Positions 26,260 through 36,055 of a DNA stretch of 64,000 bases are shown here, one piece after another. The position numbers and the translations under genes were made by a program. Every line of letters begins with the position of its first letter. The stretch's first letter is position 1. A model generated the notes under the pieces. That model saw only the letters and a list, made by a program, of their open reading frames with translations, was not told the origin of the DNA and ran no database searches. This DNA is from Candidatus Nitrospinota bacterium M3_3B_026 (lineage in GTDB: Bacteria; Nitrospinota_A; UBA7883; JBPRGF01), in the NCBI GenBank assembly GCA_051418015.1, contig JBPRGF010000023.1, positions 128,001 through 192,000 on the forward strand. Reading direction: 5' to 3'.

Positions 26260-27378
26260 ATGAGGATACTCTTCGGAGCGAACTACCATCCCAGCCAGAA
26301 GGCGGAGTTCGTCCGCCTGGCCCTGGAGCGGCTCGGCCACGAAACGATCCCCTTCACCGCCTCCCCGGGCGCGCCGGAGGGTTTTTTGAGGACCGCGCCG
26401 GACGTGGATATCGTGGATCTCGTCAAAGGGCTCGGCGAGAGGCCGGACGCCTTCCTGATGGTCGAGAGCAGGGATGGATCGCCCTTTCTGCCGAGGCGGA
26501 TCGCCGACCTCGACATCCCCACCGCGGCCTGGTTTTTCGACAATCACCTGAACTACCGCTGGAACAAGGAGGCGGCCGCGCTGTTCGATCATTGTTTCTT
26601 CGCTCAGCTTGACCAGGCGAGATGGGCATGGCGGTACGGCAGGGACAACGTCGTGTGGCTGCCCTTCGCCGCCGACGAGGTGTTTCACCGGGACTTCGGC
26701 GTCGAACGCGACATCGACGTCGGCTACGTGGGCAGCGTGACGGGGCAGAAAAGGCGTTACTTCGACGCGCTGGAAGAAAGCGGTCTGCGGGTCGTGACGA
26801 ACGACGAGTATCTAGCCTATGAGGAAGTCGGAAAGTTCTACAGCCGCTGCAAGCTGGTGTTCAACATCTCCGCCAGGAGGGACCTGAACCCGCGCGCCTT
26901 CGAGGCGTCATACGCCGGGGCGCTGGTGGTCTCGCAGTCGATGATGGACGCAGGGGCGAGGGAGATTTTCACCGAGGGGGAGAACATGGCCTTTCATAAC
27001 TTCTCGGACGCGGCGGACATCCTGCGCTCGCTGCTGGAGGATGGCGGGCGCAGGGAGCGGATGGCGGGGAACGCGAAGAACCTCGTCCGCTCCGCCCATC
27101 TTTACCGCCACAGGGCGGAAAGGATCGTCGAGACCCTTTCAACTGGAGTGACGAAAGGGAGGATGAGGCGAGGATCGACGTTTGTCATGCCCGTGGCCGA
27201 GGGGCTCACGCTCCGCCACAAGCAGTTCGGCTGGAAAAGGGAGGGCGCCGTAAAAATCGCCGAGGCCCTCCGCCGCTCGCCGTGGGGCGCTTTGCTCTAT
27301 CTTTTGAAATACGCCTGGAGCAGGGTGAGGGAAAAGGCGTGGAAAACGGCGATATCTTTCGGCAAGGCGCCTTTTTAG
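26260..27378 (+). CDS. glycosyltransferase, CgeB/YkvP-like
   Basis: WLPFAAD, DVGYVGS, NPRAFEA, HLYRHRA. Confidence 0.8.
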   Translation: MRILFGANYHPSQKAEFVRLALERLGHETIPFTASPGAPEGFLRTAPDVDIVDLVKGLGERPDAFLMVESRDGSPFLPRRIADLDIPTAAWFFDNHLNYRWNKEAAALFDHCFFAQLDQARWAWRYGRDNVVWLPFAADEVFHRDFGVERDIDVGYVGSVTGQKRRYFDALEESGLRVVTNDEYLAYEEVGKFYSRCKLVFNISARRDLNPRAFEASYAGALVVSQSMMDAGAREIFTEGENMAFHNFSDAADILRSLLEDGGRRERMAGNAKNLVRSAHLYRHRAERIVETLSTGVTKGRMRRGSTFVMPVAEGLTLRHKQFGWKREGAVKIAEALRRSPWGALLYLLKYAWSRVREKAWKTAISFGKAPF

Positions 27379-27474
27379 TACGCTCACGCGGCAAACGTTC
27401 CGCCCATAAGGGGCAGCCTGGCATCGGCTTTTATAGCGCTCCCGCGGCAAGCGTTCCGCCCCTGAGGAGCGGTT

Positions 27475-27490
27475 TGGCATCGGCGTTGCT
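27475..27490 (+). promoter_or_regulatory. sigma-54 promoter
   Basis: TGGCAT-CGGCG-TTGCT with exact -24/-12 spacing, 25 nt before the next ORF. Confidence 0.7.
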
Positions 27491-27515
27491 TTTTTAAGGG
27501 GTTAAAGACACGCGG

Positions 27516-27923
27516 ATGCGGAAAATGAGCGGAAAAGGGACAAAAATTCTCCTTGCGGCGGCGCTGGCGGCGGCAATATCTGCCCGGCCGGGGCCCGCGA
27601 TGGGCCAGAGCGCCGTCCAGTTGACGCCCGTGATGGTGGACAGGGCGGGCGGTTTTGTCTATTTCCTGGTGATGAACAAGGGGCTGCATACCATAGAGAA
27701 CCTGTTCGGATGGGTCTACGGCCACGGCGCGCCGGAGGCGCCCGGCGCGTATCTTGTGAACAACCCCCACGCGCAGGGCCAAAAAGTCTCCCTCGGCGAG
27801 CATGTCCCCGGCTCCGCGGCGATGTACAGGTTCGCCGTGGCCGAGGCGGGGGCTTTCTTCCCCCGCTACACCCTGCTGGTGTCAGACAAAAGTATCTTCC
27901 ATAAAAGGAGAACCGGCCCATGA
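27516..27923 (+). CDS. hypothetical secreted protein
   Basis: Signal-peptide-like N-terminus; ATGA overlap with next gene (start may be 27525). Confidence 0.65.
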   Translation: MRKMSGKGTKILLAAALAAAISARPGPAMGQSAVQLTPVMVDRAGGFVYFLVMNKGLHTIENLFGWVYGHGAPEAPGAYLVNNPHAQGQKVSLGEHVPGSAAMYRFAVAEAGAFFPRYTLLVSDKSIFHKRRTGP

Positions 27924-28585
27924 GAACCGCCGCCATCGCGCTGATCGTCCTGTCGATCGCCGCCACGGCGAACGCTGTGGATGGAGAGGAGACTACTGGG
28001 GAACGGGCGAACAACGTCCGTTTCGGCGGGGTAAGGACGGGGATGAGCGTCTCCAACTTCATCCGGGAGGGCGAGCCTTACCGGAAGGCGGAGAGCATGG
28101 CATGGGTCAAGTTCGAGACGCTGGGCCAGGCCGGGAGGATATGGGCCCCGGCGCCCGAGGGTATGACGCTTTCGAGAAACGTGTTGTCGCTGATGACGGT
28201 TACGCCCGTCTCCGGCTCCCGCCCCGCGTGCTCCTCGACGCCCAGGATGCTTTTCGTCTCCGGCCCACCGGGCGGGCCTGGGGCGAGGCTATACGCCTAT
28301 GAATACATGATCTGCGACTCAAGCGGGCTGCTGAACCCGGGGATACTGATCGACCAGTACATAACAAAATACGGAATTTACGACTGGAAGAACTACGACC
28401 TGGACATGATCGTCTATAAAAACGTCCTCGGGCGCTACCGTGTCGGCGCAAGACCGGCCGTTTCGGAGGACGGCAGGGCCGCCATCGTCATAACCGTCGT
28501 GGACGACGATGTGTTCAAGGAGGCCTACTTCGCCTGGAGGCGGGCCTTGAGAGAGGCTTACACGTCCATCAGGGATCGGTTCTAG
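27920..28585 (+). CDS. hypothetical secreted protein
   Basis: RBS AAGGAG; signal peptide MRTAAIALIVLSIAATANA. Confidence 0.75.
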   Translation: MRTAAIALIVLSIAATANAVDGEETTGERANNVRFGGVRTGMSVSNFIREGEPYRKAESMAWVKFETLGQAGRIWAPAPEGMTLSRNVLSLMTVTPVSGSRPACSSTPRMLFVSGPPGGPGARLYAYEYMICDSSGLLNPGILIDQYITKYGIYDWKNYDLDMIVYKNVLGRYRVGARPAVSEDGRAAIVITVVDDDVFKEAYFAWRRALREAYTSIRDRF

Positions 28586-28651
28586 CCCGGGGCGGTCCGC
28601 CCCCCGTCCCCTTCGTCCCGGCGGACGCCAAGGCGCGTGGTGATTTTCCCC

Positions 28652-28679
28652 TAAAGGGATTCCCTCTTTTTTCCGATCT
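28652..28679 (+). promoter_or_regulatory. candidate sigma-28 promoter
   Basis: TAAA-N16-TCCGATCT versus consensus TAAA-N15/16-GCCGATAA. Confidence 0.4.
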
Positions 28680-28699
28680 GATCGTTAAAGGAGGAAGCC

Positions 28700-29029
28700 G
28701 TGGAGTACCAGGTAAAACCGCTGACCGTCTTTTCCCGGAGGACGGCTTTCAACCCCTTGTCCAGGGGGGAATACGAGGCGCTTTACCATCCCCGGGGACG
28801 GCGGGCGCCCGCGCCTGATGGCGGCGGTATGGACATCTCCACGAAAGCCGGGCGCGATGCGATGATACGCTCGATCGGCTCCGGGCTCGGCGCCGGGACG
28901 CCCGAGAAAACGCTCTTGAGATCCCTTGTCCCGTCCGAACGGGCCGTTGGGGGCTCATACGGGCTTTACGCCGCCGTGGGCGAGATACCCGCGTATAAAA
29001 TGCGGCCGCTTATCGACGAGTACGTCTGA
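28700..29029 (+). CDS. hypothetical protein
   Basis: RBS AAAGGAGG, GTG start, ends LIDEYV. Confidence 0.65.
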   Translation: MEYQVKPLTVFSRRTAFNPLSRGEYEALYHPRGRRAPAPDGGGMDISTKAGRDAMIRSIGSGLGAGTPEKTLLRSLVPSERAVGGSYGLYAAVGEIPAYKMRPLIDEYV

Positions 29030-29085
29030 ATCGGCAAACGCTCCCGCCTTTTCACGGTCTCCCGGATAAAGCGGCCGCGTTTTTT

Positions 29086-29490
29086 TCACATGCCAGGGAT
29101 GACCCTGTGCGGCGCCCTTTCCGGGGCCAGCTCGTAGAGCATGGCCCGGATCGCCTGGGAGAACTTGTCCTTTTTCCTGAGGGCGCAATACTTCTTGAGC
29201 CACCACATCAGGATCTTCGTGTCCTTGGAGTCGACTATGGCCGTGTCCGGGACGAAGACGCTGTAGGACGAAAGGTAACCCTCCACCCATGCTTCGTAGA
29301 GGGCGTACCCGCCTTTCTCCTCCTTCTCAGCATCCTCAAGGTAGGAAGAACATGTCTTCTGCCCGATTCCCCGGATCCTGGTCAGCTTCTCTTTTTCGCC
29401 ATCCTTGTCCTGTTCCGTCCAGGCCCATGCGTTCAAGCCCGTGACGAGCGCCAGCGCCGCCAGGGCGGCGGCGAACTTTTTGTGGTCCAT
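29086..29490 (-). CDS. secreted small protein with Cys pair (HdeA/HdeB-like pattern)
   Basis: RBS AAGGAGG; signal peptide; TCSSYL...WVEGYL...KKYC. Confidence 0.7.
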   Translation of the reverse strand: MDHKKFAAALAALALVTGLNAWAWTEQDKDGEKEKLTRIRGIGQKTCSSYLEDAEKEEKGGYALYEAWVEGYLSSYSVFVPDTAIVDSKDTKILMWWLKKYCALRKKDKFSQAIRAMLYELAPERAPHRVIPGM

Positions 29491-29544
29491 GCTCCCCTCC
29501 TTGTTCTGAAGACCTTCAAGTAACCCTGATGACCGCGCTTTGCC

Positions 29545-29587
29545 GATTTTTCTCCCCCTGCCAGAGGGGAGAAAATATCCGGCGCCG
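29545..29587. repeat. family B hairpin repeat
   Basis: TTTTCTCCCCCTGCCAGAGGGG, shared with 58871-58892. Confidence 0.7.
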
Positions 29588-29663
29588 TCTGTCTTTCAAG
29601 TTATGAGAAAATCTCCTTGTTCTGGCGGCCGCTTCAAAGGCGTCGCCTCGTTTCCCATGCCGG

Positions 29664-30602
29664 TCAGATGCTCGCGACGTCCTCGGCGGCGCGTTTTCTG
29701 ACAGGCGTCGCCGCGGCCAGTTTCACCTTGGAGCCGAGTATCCTGTTGACCGTCTCCAGGCCCCTGTAGAGCTTCAGGTCCTCCTTGTCCACAACGTCCA
29801 CCGCTCCGATGTCCTGCGCCCGCAGGCGCATCCTGCTGCCCCGCTGGGCCACGGAGCTTACGATGATGATCGGCTTGGGATAGTGGATCATGAGTTTTTT
29901 CAGAAACGACACCCCGTCCATCCGGGGCATGATGATGTCCAGCGTCACCACGTCCGGGTCGAGCTCCAGTATCTTGTCCCGCGCCTCGTAGGCCGTCTCC
30001 GCCTCGCCCACCACCTCGATCTCCGGGTCCATCGAAAGGGCGTCCTTGAGTATGCCCCGCACCGTGGCGGAGTCGTCGACGACGAGGACTTTTATCCTGC
30101 GGGTGGACAGGTCTTTCTTTTTCACCTCCAGTTGTTTCGAGAGTTCGGACTTCATGATGAGGCGCATATTCACCTCGCCGGTCTGGTTATCGAAAAAAAC
30201 CTTGCGCCCCGCGTCGCCCCCGGTCTGGCGCTCAACTATCCTTATCCCGCGCTCGTCCAGGATTTTCAGCGCCATCTCCACGTTGCGCCGGCCGATCTCC
30301 GCCCCGCCGCTCAAGTGCCCCACCACGGCGCCGCCCCCGAAAACCTTTGCCTCCAGGCTGTGGATGGACGTGTCCACCCTCAGCATGGAATCTATAAGCT
30401 TGTTCGTGGAGACGTCGCCGTACTTGCCAACCATCGCCTTGCTGTCTCCCGAGGGGAGCATGAAATGATTCATTCCACCGAAGTGGAGCTTTCGGTTGTA
30501 GAGGCAGACCGCCACGCAAGAGCCCAGCAGCGTGGCGATCACGGCCGGCTGGCGGGTGACGGCTATCTCCCCCGGCAGAACGAACACTCTTTTCTTTTCC
30601 AT
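29664..30602 (-). CDS. cheD: CheD deamidase fused to CheB-type receiver domain
   Basis: TLLGSCVAVC, GGMNHFMLP, AKVFGG, IGRRN; then VLVVDDS...DVVTLDIIMPRMDG; no methylesterase domain. Confidence 0.88.
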   Translation of the reverse strand: MEKKRVFVLPGEIAVTRQPAVIATLLGSCVAVCLYNRKLHFGGMNHFMLPSGDSKAMVGKYGDVSTNKLIDSMLRVDTSIHSLEAKVFGGGAVVGHLSGGAEIGRRNVEMALKILDERGIRIVERQTGGDAGRKVFFDNQTGEVNMRLIMKSELSKQLEVKKKDLSTRRIKVLVVDDSATVRGILKDALSMDPEIEVVGEAETAYEARDKILELDPDVVTLDIIMPRMDGVSFLKKLMIHYPKPIIIVSSVAQRGSRMRLRAQDIGAVDVVDKEDLKLYRGLETVNRILGSKVKLAAATPVRKRAAEDVASI

Positions 30603-30606
30603 ATTC

Positions 30607-32739
30607 TCAGTCCTGTCTCGCTTCCTGGAATTGCCTGATTATCCCTTCAACGCTCAGTATCAGGGCCATCCTGCGGCCGTCGAGTATGGACACCCCCTCG
30701 AAGGCCGAAGGCTCCCGCGTCGGCGTGGAAAGCTCCTTGTAGACTATCTGCCTCTGGCCGAGCACCTCGTCCACCACCATGCAAAGCGGCTCCCCCCTGC
30801 TCTCGGCCAGGACGCAGACGGCGTCCCAGACGTTGCCGTTTTTCGATTCTATTCCGAAAAGCTCGCTCAGGCGCGCCACGGGGTATATCCTGCCCCAGCG
30901 GCGGACCACCTCCGCCCTGCCCTCCACGCTGTTGACGTCCTCGGGCCTCGCCTTGAAGGACTCGCGGACGTTCTCGGCGGGAACGAGGAAAACGCTGTCG
31001 CCGATCTTGAGCGTCAGCCCGAGCTTTATCCTGGTGGTATAGGTCAGCGGCAGGTTTATATATATTTCCATGCCCGCCCCGGGCCTGTTCACCAGCCGGA
31101 GGGAGCCGTTGAGGTCCTTGACGCTGGAGGAGAGCACATCCAGTCCCACGCCGCGGCCGGACGTCTCCGTCACCCTTTCCGCCGTGGAGAACCCGGGCCG
31201 CAGCAGAAGGTCCAGTATCTCCCCCCCGCTCATCCTGTCCGCCGCCTCCCGCGAAACGATGCCCCTCTCCACGGCCCTGGCCGCGACGGCGCCCGTGTCC
31301 ACCCCCTGCCCGTCGTCGGAGACCTTCAGGAGCATCTCGCCTTTGCCGGAACGGGCCTCTATGGTTATGGTCCCTTTCGGATCCTTGCCGGACCGCGCCC
31401 TCTCCTCCGGCGTCTCCAGCCCGTGGTCGGCGCTGTTCCTCACCAGGTGGGCGAGAATGGTCTCTATCTTTTCAAGCATGCTCTTGTCCACCTCCACGTC
31501 CTGGCCGGTCATCTGGAGGCGGATGGGCTTGCCGGAGCTTTTGGATATCGCCCGGACGAGCCGGGGCAGCTTGCTCATGGCCCGCTCCACGGGGACTTTC
31601 CTTATCTCGTAAAGGCTTTTCTGGAGCTTGCCCGAAAGCTCCCCGAAGGCCTGGTTGGTGGTCTTGAAATCGAGGGCCAGCCCGTTCGTCTCTCCGCTCT
31701 CGAGCCGCCGTTGCAGAAGGACGAGAAGCTCGCGGATGGTGACAAGCTCGCCGACCTGGTCCATGAACCAATCCAGCGACGTTTCGTTCACCCGCACCGT
31801 TTTCATCTCCCGGCCCGCCTTCCCGGCCTTCTCCGCCTCCCGCGGCGCTGCCTCCCCGGCGGGCGCGGCCTCCGACAGGTGTTTCGAATATTCGTCCAAG
31901 CCGTCGGCAAGAGACCCGGCCAGCGCCTCGTCCACGCCCAGCTCGTCCTGGTAGAAAATCTCGAAGTTCTCCTTCATCTCGTTGAGTATCTCCAGCGGCC
32001 CGCCGGCCTCCTGCGCCTCGCCTTTTTCCATGAGGCTTTCAAGATTGTTCATGAATACGGCGTAGGCGTCCTCCGGCGCCTGTCCGGCCAGGGCCTCCTC
32101 CACCAGCTTCCTGAGGCTTGTATACTCACGGGTGACATCGGCGGCGCCCATCATGTACGTGGGGCCGTCCCCGGGGGCGGAGCTTCTTCTCTCCCGGATC
32201 AGCTGGGGGGCGTTCCTGTCTATGATCTCGTACACATCCTGAAGGGGCGAGCCCTCCTCCATGGCGCCCTCCTGCCGCGCCCTGTCGAAAAATCCCATAA
32301 GCTCGGCGCGGAGCTTTTCCGTTCCCCCGGCGCCAGCCGCCGTCATCTCGTCTATCCTGTCCATGTAGCCCGCCTCGGCCGCGGAAAGCTCCACGTCGGC
32401 GCGGGTATTCCGCAGGCGGGTGAAGATCGCCTTCACGCGGTCGGCGCCCTCCAGGATGAACTCGGCGACCTCGGGCGTGATCTCGATGCGCTTCCCCCTC
32501 ACCAAGTCCAGGAAATTTTCGAAGGAATGGAGAAAGGACTGGACATGGGTAAGGTCGAAAAAGGCGCTGTTGCCTTTCAGGGAATGCGCCGCCCTGAAGA
32601 TTCCGTGCACCTGCTCGAAGTCGGCCGGATCGGCCTCCAGGGCGATGGAGCGCCTCTCCGCCTCCGCCATGAGCTCCTCGGACTCCTCCAGGAAATCCTG
32701 GAAATGCTCATCGGGGGAGGCGGCTTCGGGATTACTCAC
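30607..32739 (-). CDS. cheA: chemotaxis histidine kinase CheA
   Basis: Hpt IFRAAHSLKG, QVGELV, HLVRNSADHG, DDGQG, PGFSTA, SGRGVGLDV, C-terminal CheW domain. Confidence 0.95.
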   Translation of the reverse strand: MSNPEAASPDEHFQDFLEESEELMAEAERRSIALEADPADFEQVHGIFRAAHSLKGNSAFFDLTHVQSFLHSFENFLDLVRGKRIEITPEVAEFILEGADRVKAIFTRLRNTRADVELSAAEAGYMDRIDEMTAAGAGGTEKLRAELMGFFDRARQEGAMEEGSPLQDVYEIIDRNAPQLIRERRSSAPGDGPTYMMGAADVTREYTSLRKLVEEALAGQAPEDAYAVFMNNLESLMEKGEAQEAGGPLEILNEMKENFEIFYQDELGVDEALAGSLADGLDEYSKHLSEAAPAGEAAPREAEKAGKAGREMKTVRVNETSLDWFMDQVGELVTIRELLVLLQRRLESGETNGLALDFKTTNQAFGELSGKLQKSLYEIRKVPVERAMSKLPRLVRAISKSSGKPIRLQMTGQDVEVDKSMLEKIETILAHLVRNSADHGLETPEERARSGKDPKGTITIEARSGKGEMLLKVSDDGQGVDTGAVAARAVERGIVSREAADRMSGGEILDLLLRPGFSTAERVTETSGRGVGLDVLSSSVKDLNGSLRLVNRPGAGMEIYINLPLTYTTRIKLGLTLKIGDSVFLVPAENVRESFKARPEDVNSVEGRAEVVRRWGRIYPVARLSELFGIESKNGNVWDAVCVLAESRGEPLCMVVDEVLGQRQIVYKELSTPTREPSAFEGVSILDGRRMALILSVEGIIRQFQEARQD

Positions 32740-32974
32740 TTTTCAACGTCACCTTAATGCTCATGAAAATTCTGAAGGGCGGCCCGGAAAGGAAACGCCG
32801 GATCATGCTCGCCGCGTCTTTCGAGCAAAGCTCTCTATTGTTAAATTTTACGACAATCCTGGCGGAGGCGCCCAGAACTTTGATCCGCCGCCGCGCGGCC
32901 TTGTCAACCCCTCCAGACTCTGGGATAATCGCGGTCAAGGCTGTCCAACACGCGCGAATGGAGCTAAACGGGAA

Positions 32975-33277
32975 ATGTTCGGCATAGGAATGCCGGAAAT
33001 GCTGGTGATCCTGGCGGTCGCCCTGATCGCCATAGGTCCGTCCAGGATGCCGGAGATAGCCCGCTCGCTGGGGCGGGCTTACGCCGAACTGTCGCGCTCC
33101 ATGAGGGACGCCCGCCGAAGCTTCGACGACCTGACCTCCGATTTCGAGGAGGAACGGGAGATGATAAGAAACCCCCGCGGAGTCCTGGACAGCGCCGTGG
33201 GCAAAATGTTCCCGGAGGAGGAGACTCAGGAAAACGGCGGAAAGAAAAACGCAGGGGACGAAGCGCCCCCTCCCTGA
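32975..33277 (+). CDS. tatB: twin-arginine translocase TatA/TatB subunit
   Basis: MFGIGMPEMLVILAVALIAIGPSRMPEIARSLG. Confidence 0.8.
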   Translation: MFGIGMPEMLVILAVALIAIGPSRMPEIARSLGRAYAELSRSMRDARRSFDDLTSDFEEEREMIRNPRGVLDSAVGKMFPEEETQENGGKKNAGDEAPPP

Positions 33278-33292
33278 CAGCCCGCTCCCGCC

Positions 33293-34375
33293 TCACAATA
33301 TCCAGCTGTAATAATAAAGCGCCCGCCCGGCCAGCCTCAGCGGCAACGGGCGGTTGTCCGGCTCGTCCCTGCCCACCGGCCGCGAGGCGGCCTCGTACTC
33401 CCTGAAAAGCTCCGCCCCATTCTCCACTATCTCCGGATCGCGTATCACGAGGTTCGTCTCCAGGTTCCAGTAAAAGCTCATCGAGTCCAGGTTCGCCGTG
33501 CCCACGGTCATCCAGTGGTCGTCTATGACGGCCATCTTGGAATGGAGCATTCTGTCCTGGAACCTGAAGACCTTGACGCCGCTCCGCAAAAGCTTTTTCA
33601 CCGCCGCCCAGGTGGCCAGATCCACCACCATCATGTCGGAGATATCGGGGATTATCACCCGGACGTCAACGCCCTTCTCGGCGGCATGGATCAGCGCCTT
33701 GGCCAGCTTGCGCCGGGGGAGAAAGTAGGCCTGGGCAATCCAGACCCTTTCCTTCGCCCTTTTTATCGCGGCTATGTAAAGGCGCTTCATGGGATAGCTG
33801 TGGAGCCTTGGGCGGCAGTCGCAAACTTCGATCCTTGCGCTCCCGGCCCGGCGCGGCGGTAAAAGCGGTCTCTTCGGGCGCGGCTCTTTGTCCAGCGCGT
33901 CTTTAAAGGTCTTCTCCAGGTCGGCGACGGGTCCCACGCCCTCGCCCCTGACCATGATGTCCTCCCAGTCCAGGAACCGCTCTCCTATGTTCATGCCCCC
34001 CAGGTAGTAGATCCGCGAGTCGATCAGGATCAGCTTGCGGTGGTTGCGCCGGAACAGGGCGCGGAACGAAAATCCGCTCGGCGCCTTTCTCGGGTCTATG
34101 GGGTGATACTCAACTACGCGCGCCCCGGCTTCCACCATTTCGTTGAAATAAAAGGATGGCAGCCCCAGGGAGCCGACGGAGTCGTAGACGAGATCGACGC
34201 TGACCCCGGCCCGCGCCCGCTCGATCAGCGCCTTCCTGAGCCGCTCGGCGATCCGCCCCCACTCTATGCAGTACATCTGTATCCTGATGGACTTTTCGGC
34301 GCGAGAAAGGTCCTCGAAGAGCGCGGAGTAGAACTTCTCCGCGGATCTTATCAGGGTGAAGGAATCCCCGATCAT
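33293..34375 (-). CDS. cardiolipin synthase / phospholipase D family (ClsB-like)
   Basis: Two HKD motifs: NHRKLILID and HSKMAVID...GTANLD. Confidence 0.9.
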   Translation of the reverse strand: MIGDSFTLIRSAEKFYSALFEDLSRAEKSIRIQMYCIEWGRIAERLRKALIERARAGVSVDLVYDSVGSLGLPSFYFNEMVEAGARVVEYHPIDPRKAPSGFSFRALFRRNHRKLILIDSRIYYLGGMNIGERFLDWEDIMVRGEGVGPVADLEKTFKDALDKEPRPKRPLLPPRRAGSARIEVCDCRPRLHSYPMKRLYIAAIKRAKERVWIAQAYFLPRRKLAKALIHAAEKGVDVRVIIPDISDMMVVDLATWAAVKKLLRSGVKVFRFQDRMLHSKMAVIDDHWMTVGTANLDSMSFYWNLETNLVIRDPEIVENGAELFREYEAASRPVGRDEPDNRPLPLRLAGRALYYYSWIL

Positions 34376-34450
34376 CCTGTAATTTTCGCCGGAACGGCTC
34401 TCGGTGATGACGTCGTCCTCACGGCGCCTCTGAACGCTCTTCGCCCCGCC

Positions 34451-36055
34451 TCACGCGGAAGGCCCGGCCGCCTTCATGTCCGCGGGCGCGTCCGCCTCGT
34501 ATTTCCTGAAGTTGTCCCTGAACATCGCGGCCAGCTTTTGCGCCTGCTCGTCATAGGCCTCCTTGCCGCTCCAGGCCTCCCTTGGCGAGAGTATTTCCGT
34601 GGGAACGCCGGGGACGCTCCGGGGCGTCATTATCCCGAAAACAGGATCCGGCGTCATCTCCGCCCCCGAGAGAGCCCCCTCCAGCGCGGCGCGGATCATG
34701 GCGCGGGTGTGGGCGATCTTGAACCTCTCGCCCACGCCGTAAGGCCCACCGCCCCAGCCGGTGTTGACAAGCCAGCAGGCCGAGCCGTGTCTTGACATCT
34801 TCTCGCCGAGGAGCTTCGCGTAGACCGATGGGCGCAGGACCATGAACGGCGCGCCGAAACAGGGCGAGAACACCGCCACGGGCTCGGTCACCCCCCGCTC
34901 CGTTCCGGCCAGCTTCGCCGTGTAGCCGGAGATGAAGTGATACATCGCCTGGGCGGGGGTGAGCCGCGCTATGGGCGGCAGGACGCCGAAGGCGTCGGCG
35001 GTTAGCATGAAGATGTTCTCGGGATGCCCCCCCATGCCGGAAAGCTCCGCGTTCGGGACGTGTATCTCCGTTATGGGGTAGGCGGCGCGGGTGTTCTCCG
35101 TCAGGCTCGCGTCGTCGAGGTCCACCCGCCGCGTGGCGGAATCCATGGCGACGTTCTCCAGGATCGTCCCGAACCGCTCGGTGTTGTCGTATATCTCCGG
35201 CTCGTCCTCCCGGGAAAGCCGCATGACTTTCGCGTAGCAGCCGCCCTCGAAGTTGAAAACCCCCCTGCCGCTCCAGCCATGCTCGTCGTCGCCGATCAGC
35301 CTCCTGGAAGACTCGGAGGACAACGTCGTCTTGCCAGTCCCCGAAAGGCCGAAGAAAAGCGCCGTGTCGCCCCCCTCTCCTATGTTCGCCGAGCAGTGCA
35401 TGGAGAGAACGTTTTTCATCGGCAAAAGGTAGTTCAATACGGAAAAGACGGATTTCTTGATCTCCCCGGCGTAGTTCGTGCCGCCGATCAGGATCATCCT
35501 CCGGCTGAAATGGACGATCACGAAAGCCTCGGAGTTCGTCCCGTCCACCTCCGGGTCGGCGGTGAACCGCGGAGCGTTGATGACGACAAAGCCGGGCCTG
35601 TGGGCCGCCAGCTTTTCCTCGTCGGATATCCGGATGAACATGTCCCGCGCGAACATGGAATGCCAGGCGTCTTCGGTTATCACTCTCAGGGACAACCTGT
35701 AATCCTCGTCCGCCCCGGCGGCGCAGTCCTGGACGAACATATCCTTGCCCTGCCAGTATGCCTTCAGGCGCAAAAGGAGCCGGTCGAACTTGTCCTCGTC
35801 CATCCCATGGTTCACCTCGCCCCACCAGATGTTCTTCTCGCTGCTTTTCTCGCGGACGATGAACTTGTCGCCGGGCGATCTTCCAGTGTACTGGCCGGTG
35901 CGGACGACGAGGGGCCCGCGATGGGATATCATCCCCTCGCGGCGGCGTATGGCCTCCTCGTAGAGGGCGGGGGTGGTGAGGTTTCTGTAAACCTGGCCAA
36001 GGTTTCTGAAGCCCATCGACTCCAGGTCGTCCAGGACATCTTGAGGCGCGTTCAT
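34451..36055 (-). CDS. pckA: phosphoenolpyruvate carboxykinase (ATP)
   Basis: YAGEIKKS, MHCSAN, GLSGTGKTT, IGDDEHGW, NFEGGCYAK, TENTR. Confidence 0.98.
   Translation of the reverse strand: MNAPQDVLDDLESMGFRNLGQVYRNLTTPALYEEAIRRREGMISHRGPLVVRTGQYTGRSPGDKFIVREKSSEKNIWWGEVNHGMDEDKFDRLLLRLKAYWQGKDMFVQDCAAGADEDYRLSLRVITEDAWHSMFARDMFIRISDEEKLAAHRPGFVVINAPRFTADPEVDGTNSEAFVIVHFSRRMILIGGTNYAGEIKKSVFSVLNYLLPMKNVLSMHCSANIGEGGDTALFFGLSGTGKTTLSSESSRRLIGDDEHGWSGRGVFNFEGGCYAKVMRLSREDEPEIYDNTERFGTILENVAMDSATRRVDLDDASLTENTRAAYPITEIHVPNAELSGMGGHPENIFMLTADAFGVLPPIARLTPAQAMYHFISGYTAKLAGTERGVTEPVAVFSPCFGAPFMVLRPSVYAKLLGEKMSRHGSACWLVNTGWGGGPYGVGERFKIAHTRAMIRAALEGALSGAEMTPDPVFGIMTPRSVPGVPTEILSPREAWSGKEAYDEQAQKLAAMFRDNFRKYEADAPADMKAAGPSA

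Noticed and set aside
29491..29663. Frameshifted CheB methylesterase after CheD-REC
   Set aside because: No GASTGG-like coding remnant; the gap is short and partly a repeat.
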